From positions 24,776 through 88,775 of the forward strand of contig NZ_CALXIN010000001.1 of NCBI RefSeq assembly GCF_944388365.1: a stretch of 64,000 bases of DNA. Direction: 5' to 3'. The position numbers and the translations under genes are program-made. Positions 9,507 through 19,297 of this stretch are shown here, in pieces. Within the stretch, counting starts at the first letter, position 1. Each line of letters starts with the position of its first letter. The notes beneath the pieces are model-generated. The model made no database searches and had not been told where the DNA came from. It worked only from the letters and a program-made list of their open reading frames with translations. This stretch comes from an uncultured Negativibacillus sp. GTDB taxonomy: Bacteria > Bacillota > Clostridia > Oscillospirales > Ruminococcaceae.

Positions 9507-9905
9507 TTAGCTTTTATCCTTTTTTTTCACTGATTTCTGCTGTCTTTTGCCGGTGGTGTCCCTTTTCTGACTGTCCGGAGATGTAAGGTTTGAAATCTGC
9601 TTTTTTAATACCGGCACCAATTCGGTGGACTTTGCCTGCGTTGTTCTTGCCCGGGCAACAAACACAAAATCCCATCCTTGCTCGATGGAGGGATTGACCT
9701 GATAAAAGGCAGCGCGAATAATACGCTTGCATCTATTTCTGCAAACAGCTTTTCCCACTTTTTTTGTAACCGTGATTCCGATGCGGTTGCGACCCAGACG
9801 ATTTTTGCAAGCATAGGTGACAATCAACGGATGCACAGCACTTTTTCCTTTAAAATAGAGACGTTTAAACTCCTTGTTCAGTTTTAACGTCGTCTTTTTG
9901 TCCAT
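9507..9905 (-). CDS. rnpA: RNase P protein component
   Basis: 'LKLNKEFKRLYFKGKSAVHPLIVTY...RIGITVTKKVGKAVCRNRCKRIIR'. ATG at 9903-9905 with a GAGGAG RBS. The longer track ORF (to 10016) runs through a terminator hairpin. Confidence 0.88.
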   Translation of the reverse strand: MDKKTTLKLNKEFKRLYFKGKSAVHPLIVTYACKNRLGRNRIGITVTKKVGKAVCRNRCKRIIRAAFYQVNPSIEQGWDFVFVARARTTQAKSTELVPVLKKQISNLTSPDSQKRDTTGKRQQKSVKKKDKS

Positions 9906-9928
9906 GACGTTTAACTCCTCTTGTCTTG

Positions 9929-9970
9929 AAATAAATAAAAAGAAAGGCCACTTATCGGGATAAGTGGCCT
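9929..9970 (-). terminator. Hairpin plus U-run between rpmH and rnpA (internal terminator or attenuator)
   Basis: Perfect 12-bp arms aggccacttatc / gataagtggcct, followed on the minus strand by ttctttttattt. Confidence 0.55.
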
Positions 9971-10108
9971 GCTTATTCTGGAACGAAACATGGAAAGCAG
10001 AATAAACAGAATCCATTCCCTGTTTCCTCCCGGTATTCCTTCTTTCAAAAAGGAACCGCGCTGGATATTAAAAAACGGACAGTAAGAAAAAAGCTGCCTG
10101 ACAGGAAA

Positions 10109-10243
10109 TTAGTATGTCAGCTGTTTTCTACCTTTTGCTCTTCTGCGAGCGAGGACCTTACGGCCGTTTTTTGTAGCCATTCTTTTTCTGAAACCGTGCT
10201 CTTTCTTTCTCTGGAGCTTCTTTGGCTGGTATGTTCTTACCAT
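10109..10243 (-). CDS. rpmH: 50S ribosomal protein L34
   Basis: Hand translation gives [44 protein letters not shown] (44 aa), with a GGGAGG RBS. It is below the ORF-track size cut-off. Confidence 0.95.
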   Translation of the reverse strand: MVRTYQPKKLQRKKEHGFRKRMATKNGRKVLARRRAKGRKQLTY

Positions 10244-10832
10244 AATTCTAACCTCCCTTCAAGGCGAAACCTTACAGAGTAAAATTATAGACAAAAATTC
10301 TGCAAAAGTCAATAGAAACCCGCATCACATCCCCGTTTATTTTCCGTATTGAATCATAAAATTTTCTGTTTTTCCGCCCGTTTTATACAAATCACCGACC
10401 CTGGATGAAGATTCCCTTTCTCAGGCTCTATCATCGAATGCTCAGTTTCTATAAAAATCTCTAAAATCCCTCCCAATAATCTGTGAAGTATTGCTCGTTA
10501 AAAACTGTTGAAAGCTCTTGAAAACTTCATTCCACGTGTGTTAAAATATGAAGTGTAAAAAATGTTGAAAGTTTGTTTTACCCATTTATTTCACTTTTTC
10601 TCAACGGCTTTTCCATTGATAATTTATTTAGCTTATTCTTGAGGAATTTCCGTTGGAATCCTGGTGGAATTTCAATTAAAAACTGTAAAACAAAGTTGTA
10701 TTTTTATACACCCCTGCTTGTTCTACCGGTTGACTGGGCTGTAAGCGGGGGTTTTGCTGTCTTTGTTTGCCATCAGGGAATACGGCAAGAGACGGCTTAA
10801 TAAAGCACTGCCAAAAGAAGGGAATTTGAAGT
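10244..10832. other. oriC, upstream half (rpmH-dnaA spacer)
   Basis: Called from position. The 589-bp spacer is AT-rich and non-coding, with degenerate DnaA-box-like 9-mers. Examples are TTATACAAA and two copies of AAAAA[C/A]TGTTGAAAG, with the TGTTGAAAG cores at 10506-10514 and 10563-10571. Confidence 0.6.
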
Positions 10833-12224
10833 ATGGAATCGTTTAAAGAACTGTTTCAGATGGTCAAGGACTACACGCGACAATATGTCATGGACTCCAA
10901 GGAATTATCTGAAATTGCTTATCAGGTATGGATCAAAAGTTTGGAACCGGTCAGTTTTGATGGAAACACCGCTGTTCTTTATATCAAAGCGGAGTTTATG
11001 AAAAAAATTGTAGAGGAAAAATACCTGGGACTGCTTCATCAAGCCTTTGAGGCAGTGGTTGGTTTTCCTGTCAAAATAGAGATCCTCTGTGAAACTTCCG
11101 AAAAAGGAGAGCGAAAGGACTTTACTCCTGCTTCCGTTCAAACCTCTGCCCCCTCTCCAGTCCTCCCCTCTTACAGTCAGGAAGAAATCGATATGAACAG
11201 CCAAGGTGGCGAATATGAATACACCTTCTCCACCTTTATTGTAGGAAGCTCCAACAAATTTGCGCAGGCAGCCTGCCGCGCAGTTGCTCAAAACCCTGGC
11301 AATGCCTATAACCCTCTGTTTATTTACGGCGGGTCCGGCCTTGGAAAGACACATCTTCTGTACGCTATTGCCAGCGAAATCAAAGAAAGCCGTCCTAAAA
11401 CCAACGTCATCTATGTCAAAGGCGAAGAATTTACCAATGAACTGATTGCTGCCATCGGTGCAGAATCCACCAAGGAATTCCACGATAAATACCGTCAAGC
11501 AGATGTCCTTTTGGTCGACGACATCCAGTTCATCGGTGGCAAGGAAAGCACGCAGGAAGAGTTCTTCCACACCTTTAATTCGCTGTATCAGGCAGGAAAA
11601 CAGATCGCTCTGACCTCGGACCGTCCACCAAAGGAGATTAAAACGCTGGAGGAACGCCTGCGCACCCGATTTGAATGGGGACTGATTGCCGATATTCAGC
11701 CGCCGGATTTTGAAACCAGAATTGCTATTATCAAACGAAAAGCGGAATTATTAGATCTGGAAATCCCTAATATTGTTGAAGAATATATCGCAAACCATGT
11801 CAAAAATAACATTCGGCAGCTGGAGGGCGTTGTTAAAAAGCTTAACGCTTACAATAAGCTTGCTCAAACTCCTCCGTCCATTTTGCTGGCTCAAAGTGCA
11901 ATCCGTGAAATTTTAACGGACAACCAGCCTATTCCTGTCACCGTAGAACGCATTATTTCAGAAGTTGGGCGTACATTCGGGGTCAGCTCAGAGGATATTC
12001 GATCTCCAAAACGATCCTCTCAAATTTCCAATGCCCGTCAAATTGCCATGTATGTCATCCGAGAAATCACTCAGATGTCGATGGCTGCCATTGGAGAAGA
12101 ATTCGGAGGCCGAGATCATTCCACTGTGGTATATGCGACAAGTCAGGTTGTCAAAAACATGAAGCAGGATACCAAATACAAAGAAACTGTCGAGGATATT
12201 ATTAAGAATATTCGCGATGCATAA
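10833..12224 (+). CDS. dnaA: Chromosomal replication initiator DnaA
   Basis: Walker A 'GGSGLGKTHLL', 'LLVDDIQF', and C-terminal 'ARQIAMYVIREIT...IGEEFGGRDHSTV'. Confidence 0.97.
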   Translation: MESFKELFQMVKDYTRQYVMDSKELSEIAYQVWIKSLEPVSFDGNTAVLYIKAEFMKKIVEEKYLGLLHQAFEAVVGFPVKIEILCETSEKGERKDFTPASVQTSAPSPVLPSYSQEEIDMNSQGGEYEYTFSTFIVGSSNKFAQAACRAVAQNPGNAYNPLFIYGGSGLGKTHLLYAIASEIKESRPKTNVIYVKGEEFTNELIAAIGAESTKEFHDKYRQADVLLVDDIQFIGGKESTQEEFFHTFNSLYQAGKQIALTSDRPPKEIKTLEERLRTRFEWGLIADIQPPDFETRIAIIKRKAELLDLEIPNIVEEYIANHVKNNIRQLEGVVKKLNAYNKLAQTPPSILLAQSAIREILTDNQPIPVTVERIISEVGRTFGVSSEDIRSPKRSSQISNARQIAMYVIREITQMSMAAIGEEFGGRDHSTVVYATSQVVKNMKQDTKYKETVEDIIKNIRDA

Positions 12225-12700
12225 AAACCATCTGTATTTTAACAGGGCACTTTCCCATTATCCGTGGAAAAGTGCCCTGTAAACCTTTTCATATTGTTTT
12301 TTATCTGTAATATCATTAAATTTTTCACACTGCGTTTTTCACTGTTTCCACTGCTCGTTCTTTATTCTCACTACCCCCTACCAGTTTCCTTCTCTGTCCT
12401 CCACATATTTTCAACTTTTTCAACGAACTTTTCAACTTATTTAAACTTGCATAGCTTCGCCTTTCACATATTCACATTTTTTCAAACTATTTTTCCATCT
12501 TTTTCACCTTTAATTTTTTCTGAAATGATGCGGTTTCTTTTTCATTTTCACATTTTAACAGCCCCTACTACTACTATTACCTTATACTATCTTTTTCTTT
12601 CTCATTTATCTCCTCTCAAATTATTATTTAAAAATTTATTCAAGGAAAAACCATATATTAAGATAGCCGTTTTTCTTTTTCCATTTGTGATCCATTTTTA
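12225..12700. other. oriC, downstream half (DnaA-box cluster, GC cluster, DnaA-trio-like repeats, AT-rich unwinding region)
   Basis: A same-strand run of TT[T/A]T[T/C]CACA-like boxes (TTTTTCACA, TCCTCCACA, ATATTCACA, ATTTTCACA) and 3x TTTTCAAC (12408-12436). Next comes 'agcccc', then CTACTACTACTATTAC (12565-12580), then an AT-rich tract to ~12650. Confidence 0.65.
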
Positions 12701-12956
12701 ATGGATACAATTTTGGGATAAAAAGGACCGGAATATTTATTCCGACCCATATTTAGCCCCTGTCCTCCCCACAAACACACGCGCAAGAAAGGGCCTTTTC
12801 TTTTCCCGAAAATATGGTATAATCTTTTTGTGTATTGATGGATAGAATGAGCTTGTTTCACCTTCAAAGTAATCTAAAACAACATTACAATAAAGTAAGC
12901 GGTGTTCCATCGTGAAACGATTTCAAAGAACCATGTTTTGAGGAGGGTTTAACCAT

Positions 12957-14063
12957 ATGAGAATTATCTGCCAAAAGGATCTTCTGGTAGAAGCTGTCTC
13001 AAATACTGCGCGTGCAACCTGCGCAAAATCTCCCGTACCTGCGTTAGAGGGCATCTTGCTCAAAGCAGAAGAGGGAAAACTTCATCTCACTGGATACGAT
13101 TTGGAACTGGGAATTGTGACCAGCATAGAAGCTAAGACAGAACAACAAGGCGAACTGGTATTATCTGCAAAACTTTTATTAGATATTATCCGCCGCATTC
13201 CAGGAGAAACCGTCAGCATTGATTCAGACGAAAAATATCTGGCAACCATTCGAGGCGGCGCCTCGGAGTTTACCATTCCAGGCCTTTCTGCAGAAGAATT
13301 CCCAGAACTGCCCAATGTAGAGACACAGGCGGATCTGGTTTTAAAACAGGGCGTTTTAAAATCCATGATCGACCAGACCTTGTTTGCAGTTGCAACCACC
13401 GACTCTAAACCGGTTCATACAGGTTCCTTGTTCGACATCAAAGATTCCTGCGTTACACTGGTTTCGGTTGACGGATATCGTTTGGCACTGCGCAGAGAAC
13501 CAATCGTCTCCGATCTTGCAACTCGCTTCATTGTCCCGGGAAAAACCCTGTCCGAAATCTCCAAACTGCTGAGAGAAGAGGAAGAAGAAGCGTACTTAGT
13601 GGTATCGCAAAAACATATTGTTTTCCGCATTGGAGGATACTATGTTGTCTCCAGATTGCTGGAGGGAGATTTCCTCGACTATAATGCGGCGATTCCAAAG
13701 ATCAGCAAAACAACCGTAAAGATCAACTCCCGTGCGCTGACCGAGGCCGTCGAAAGAACTTCCCTGCTGATCTCCGACCGGCTGCGCAGCCCAATTAAGC
13801 TGGCTGTCACCGAGCAGAAGGTACAGCTCAACTGCTCTACCTCGATGGGTAAAGCACACGACGAGGTCGAATGCGAAGTCTCGGGAGAAACAGTCAGCAT
13901 GGGATTTAACAATAAATACCTGCTTGATGCACTCAAGGCCGCTGACTGTGATATGGTCAAGCTCGAAATCAACGGTGCGCTGTCTCCAATGCGCATCATC
14001 CCACTGGAAGGCGACAGCTTCCTGTTCCTGGTGCTGCCGGTAAGGGTGAAGAATGATGACTGA
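12957..14063 (+). CDS. dnaN: DNA polymerase III beta sliding clamp
   Basis: 368 aa following dnaA. '[12 protein letters not shown]...[10 protein letters not shown]...[12 protein letters not shown]...PMRI'. Confidence 0.95.
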   Translation: MRIICQKDLLVEAVSNTARATCAKSPVPALEGILLKAEEGKLHLTGYDLELGIVTSIEAKTEQQGELVLSAKLLLDIIRRIPGETVSIDSDEKYLATIRGGASEFTIPGLSAEEFPELPNVETQADLVLKQGVLKSMIDQTLFAVATTDSKPVHTGSLFDIKDSCVTLVSVDGYRLALRREPIVSDLATRFIVPGKTLSEISKLLREEEEEAYLVVSQKHIVFRIGGYYVVSRLLEGDFLDYNAAIPKISKTTVKINSRALTEAVERTSLLISDRLRSPIKLAVTEQKVQLNCSTSMGKAHDEVECEVSGETVSMGFNNKYLLDALKAADCDMVKLEINGALSPMRIIPLEGDSFLFLVLPVRVKNDD

Positions 14064-14292
14064 TTTTGAAAAGATTGAGATTACCACCGAATTTATCAAA
14101 CTGGATTCCTTTTTAAAATTTGCCGGTGTTACCGATACCGGCGGTCAGGCAAAAGAACTGGTTTTGGAAGGCCAGGTAAAAGTAAACGGGGAAGTCTGCA
14201 CCATGCGCGGCAAAAAGATTCGTCATGGAGATACTGTGGAATGCCTGGGACAGAAGTTTCAGGCGGTTCAGGCAGGAAACACCCAAGAATAA
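14053..14292 (+). CDS. yaaA: S4-domain RNA-binding protein YaaA
   Basis: 79 aa, '[46 protein letters not shown]'. Overlaps the dnaN stop and has the conserved dnaN-yaaA-recF position. Confidence 0.85.
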   Translation: MMTDFEKIEITTEFIKLDSFLKFAGVTDTGGQAKELVLEGQVKVNGEVCTMRGKKIRHGDTVECLGQKFQAVQAGNTQE

Positions 14293-14322
14293 AAGCATCA
14301 AACTGGAAGGAGGAAGCGGACT

Positions 14323-15456
14323 GTGCGGTTGGATAACATTGAACTAACCAATTTTCGCAATATCTGTTCGCTTCATCTGGAGGCTGCTGCAGGAGTCAAC
14401 GTGATCCACGGAGAAAATGCGCAGGGAAAAACCAATTTGACCGAAGCGATCTGGATGTTTACCGGAACCCGAAGCTTTCGTGGTGCCAAGGATCGGGAAA
14501 TGATCCGCTTTGGGCAGAATTCCTGTAAAAGTGAGATCACCTTTTCCAATCAGCAACGCACACAGACAGCTTCTATCGAGCTGTTTGATTCAGCAGCTGC
14601 ACAGGACAAAAAGACCAGGCAGATCCTGCTCAATGGGATCACGCTTGAAAACACTTCCGAATTGGCCGGACAGTTTTATGCAGTTGTCTTTTCTCCGGCA
14701 CACCTGTCGCTGGTGCGGGATGGACCGGCGTTTCGCCGCAAATTCCTTGATACTGCTATCAGCCAGATTTTGCCTCGCTATGACCATTATCTGCACGAAT
14801 ATCAGCGTGTCCTGCTGCAGCGCAATACGCTGCTCAAGGATCTGGCGCGTTTTCCGCAGCTGATCGACACGATGGAAGTTTGGGAGGAGCATCTGGCGCG
14901 CGCAGCAGCGGCAGTTGTATTCTGCCGCGCAAGATATGTCGACCGTATTCGTCCGCAGGCGGCGGCGGTTTATAATGGAATCTCCTCTGGAAAAGAACGA
15001 TTTGATCTTCAGTATCAATGTGGAGCACAGTCCGAGTCGCTGCAGACAAGGGACGATTTGCGCACCTTTTTCCTGCGGGAGTACCAGAGAACACGCCGAG
15101 AAGATATCGAACGCGGAGCAACGCTGTGCGGCCCGCACAGAGACGATCTGGAACTTCTGGTCAATGAGATGCCGATGCGTCTGTATGGCTCCCAGGGGCA
15201 GCAGAGAAGCGGTGTGCTGGCATTAAAAATGGCAGAGTGCAGCATGGTGGAAGAGGTGACCGGCGAGACACCGGTGGTTTTGCTGGACGATGTCATGAGC
15301 GAGCTGGATGCATCCAGAAGAGATTATCTCCTCAACCATCTGGAAGGCCGCCAGGTGTTTGTAACCTGCTGCGACGACGAAAACTTCCGTGGACTGAAAG
15401 AGGGCAGGAGCTTTCTGATTCATGCAGGGGAACTGATGGATGTACAGGACTTTTAA
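14323..15456 (+). CDS. recF: DNA replication and repair protein RecF
   Basis: Walker A 'GENAQGKTNL', signature 'YGSQGQQRS', Walker B 'VVLLDDVMSELD'. GTG start. Confidence 0.93.
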   Translation: MRLDNIELTNFRNICSLHLEAAAGVNVIHGENAQGKTNLTEAIWMFTGTRSFRGAKDREMIRFGQNSCKSEITFSNQQRTQTASIELFDSAAAQDKKTRQILLNGITLENTSELAGQFYAVVFSPAHLSLVRDGPAFRRKFLDTAISQILPRYDHYLHEYQRVLLQRNTLLKDLARFPQLIDTMEVWEEHLARAAAAVVFCRARYVDRIRPQAAAVYNGISSGKERFDLQYQCGAQSESLQTRDDLRTFFLREYQRTRREDIERGATLCGPHRDDLELLVNEMPMRLYGSQGQQRSGVLALKMAECSMVEEVTGETPVVLLDDVMSELDASRRDYLLNHLEGRQVFVTCCDDENFRGLKEGRSFLIHAGELMDVQDF

Positions 15457-15479
15457 TATCAGGAACGGGAGGAAACGAC

Positions 15480-15749
15480 GTGTATTTGCATCTTGGACAG
15501 GATGTTGTGGTCAGAAGCAGCGATATTATCGGTATTTTTGATATTGAGAATACCTCTGTTTCTAAAATCACCAAGGAATATCTGAGTGTGCAGGAGAAAA
15601 ACCATTGTGTAGTCAATGTTTCTGCGGAGCTTCCCAAGTCCTTTATCGTCTGTCGGGAGGGAGATCGCAGAATGGTTTATATCTCCCAGATTTCCTGTGC
15701 AACACTTAAAAAAAGAAACGGATATATCGATCGGCTAGGAACGATTTAG
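15480..15749 (+). CDS. DUF370/RemB(YaaB)-like small protein
   Basis: GTG start after a GGGAGGAAAC RBS. 'LHLGQDVVVRSSDIIGIFDIEN' in the conserved recF-yaaB-gyrB position. Confidence 0.7.
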   Translation: MYLHLGQDVVVRSSDIIGIFDIENTSVSKITKEYLSVQEKNHCVVNVSAELPKSFIVCREGDRRMVYISQISCATLKKRNGYIDRLGTI

Positions 15750-15768
15750 GCCGATCATATTTTGAAAA

Positions 15769-15797
15769 ATCCGGCTGCAAAAGCAGCCGGATTTTTT
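15769..15797 (+). terminator. Rho-independent terminator
   Basis: atccggctgc-aaaa-gcagccggat followed by tttttt. Confidence 0.75.
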
Positions 15798-16040
15798 GAT
15801 GCACAGAAAATTACTGTAAACTTGATAATAACGCCCTTTTTTGAAGGTTTTAAAAAATACATATTAAGAAGAAAAGAATCGGCAAAAAACGTTGTAAATA
15901 ACAGCCGATTTATGCTATAATAAACAAGTATCGGAAGTGAAAAATCCTGGCTTATGATGCGTGTTTTTGCCTGTCAGATTGATGCTCACAGAAGGGGAAA
16001 CCATGCGGCTGTGTTTTTTTAAAAGACAGCCAGGAAATAA

Positions 16041-18014
<1,974 letters not shown>

Positions 18015-18030
18015 TAGACGGAGAAGAACT

Positions 18031-18609
18031 ATGAAACAAAATAAAAATCAAAAAGCGGTCGAAAAGCGCCAGCTCAGTGACTTTGAGCATCGAATGACCA
18101 TTCAGCTCAAAGAGGATTACTATGTAGACTACGCACTTTCTCACTCCAAGGAACAGATCCGTCACAACCGCCAGAAGGCAATTTTGTGGGCAGTGCTGTT
18201 CTTTGTCCTGGGATGCATCGCAATCTACAAAGGCGCCATGACAGAAGAGCAGTGGTCGGATATCTATCTGATTGCCGGTGTGGTGATGATCGTTTTCCAG
18301 CTGTTTAACCTGTTTTATAACTTTGTGATGTTCCCTGTGGCTCTCAAACGTTCGGTGCTCAAGGAACTCAAAAAGGACCCCAGCCTGCTGATGCCGATGG
18401 AATATGCGTTTGAACCGGATAAAATCGTCTGCTTCCTCAATGGAAAACACCGCAGCTCGGTGCTGGTCGACGATATTTCCAGACTGGAAGAAACTGCACA
18501 GACCGTGATTATTGAAGTCAAGGATGGAAGAAGGATCATTGTGCCGAAGGACCTTCTGGAAAAGGCAGAGCCGGTGATTCAAAAGCAGATCCAATCCTTT
18601 CGCAAATAA
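18031..18609 (+). CDS. YcxB-like membrane protein (two TM helices plus a C-terminal beta-rich domain)
   Basis: ATG at 18031. Hydrophobic hairpin 'ILWAVLFFVLGCIAIY...IYLIAGVVMIVFQLFNLF', then '...VIIEVKDGRRIIVPKDLL'. Confidence 0.55.
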   Translation: MKQNKNQKAVEKRQLSDFEHRMTIQLKEDYYVDYALSHSKEQIRHNRQKAILWAVLFFVLGCIAIYKGAMTEEQWSDIYLIAGVVMIVFQLFNLFYNFVMFPVALKRSVLKELKKDPSLLMPMEYAFEPDKIVCFLNGKHRSSVLVDDISRLEETAQTVIIEVKDGRRIIVPKDLLEKAEPVIQKQIQSFRK

Positions 18610-18647
18610 ATTGATAGGCGACCGATAACAAGGGAAGGAGCTTTGAG

Positions 18648-19238
18648 ATGACACAGACACAAAACGAGGAAATGAATCATCCACAGGAGCCAGGCAGCGA
18701 GGAACAGACACTTTCCCAGGAAATGAAGCAGGAGGAAGGTATTTTTACCGTTTCTTTCGATGCCGTTTATGCAGATATTTTTGATGGACTGGATGCCACC
18801 GATACTGCGGACGGAACCAACCGGAGAACCAGAAAGCTGTATATCATCATCTCACTGCTGATGTGCATTCAGATTGTCTGGTTTGCTTTTTCTAAGAGCG
18901 GAATTGCATTGCTGTTTGCCATTTTTCTGGGCGCAGTGGCGTTGATGCTCAAATCTAAAAGCCAGCGTTTTAACAAGGAAATTGCCAAGGAATTTGAAAA
19001 AGAGGGACACCAGACCGTTTTGCTCAAAGAGGACGGCCTGATGCTCAATGAAAAGCAGGTGGCTTATACAGAAGTTGCCAAACTGTACGACCTCAAACGT
19101 TGTTTTTCTTTGATTTATCAGGGAAACCATGTTTTTATCATTCCAAAAAAGACGATGGATCAGGAGCAGCTCCAGACCTTCACCTCTTTGATGAAGGACA
19201 AGGTCGGAGATGCCTACGTAGACACGGTCAGCAAGTAA
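18648..19238 (+). CDS. YcxB-like membrane protein, paralogous in layout to 18031-18609
   Basis: Two TM helices 'LYIIISLLMCIQIVWFAF...IALLFAIFLGAVALML', then '...FSLIYQGNHVFIIPKKTM'. Confidence 0.55.
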   Translation: MTQTQNEEMNHPQEPGSEEQTLSQEMKQEEGIFTVSFDAVYADIFDGLDATDTADGTNRRTRKLYIIISLLMCIQIVWFAFSKSGIALLFAIFLGAVALMLKSKSQRFNKEIAKEFEKEGHQTVLLKEDGLMLNEKQVAYTEVAKLYDLKRCFSLIYQGNHVFIIPKKTMDQEQLQTFTSLMKDKVGDAYVDTVSK

Positions 19239-19297
19239 GTTAACCTTCAAATTGCTCGACGCTGTTTGCAGACGGCGTTGGGGGATCATGGAAAGGA

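Noticed and set aside
12264-12701. A 145-aa ORF (F/L/S/H-rich) inside the dnaA-dnaN spacer, and a 75-aa ORF at 10573-10800 upstream of dnaA.
   Set aside because: The composition simply reflects T-rich DnaA-box and AT-tract DNA. There is no RBS, and the location is the conserved non-coding oriC.
12903-12919. A parS-like sequence, TGTTCCATCGTGAAACG, just upstream of dnaN.
   Set aside because: It needs a 1-nt insertion plus mismatches relative to the 16-bp palindrome. Only the right half-site is convincing.
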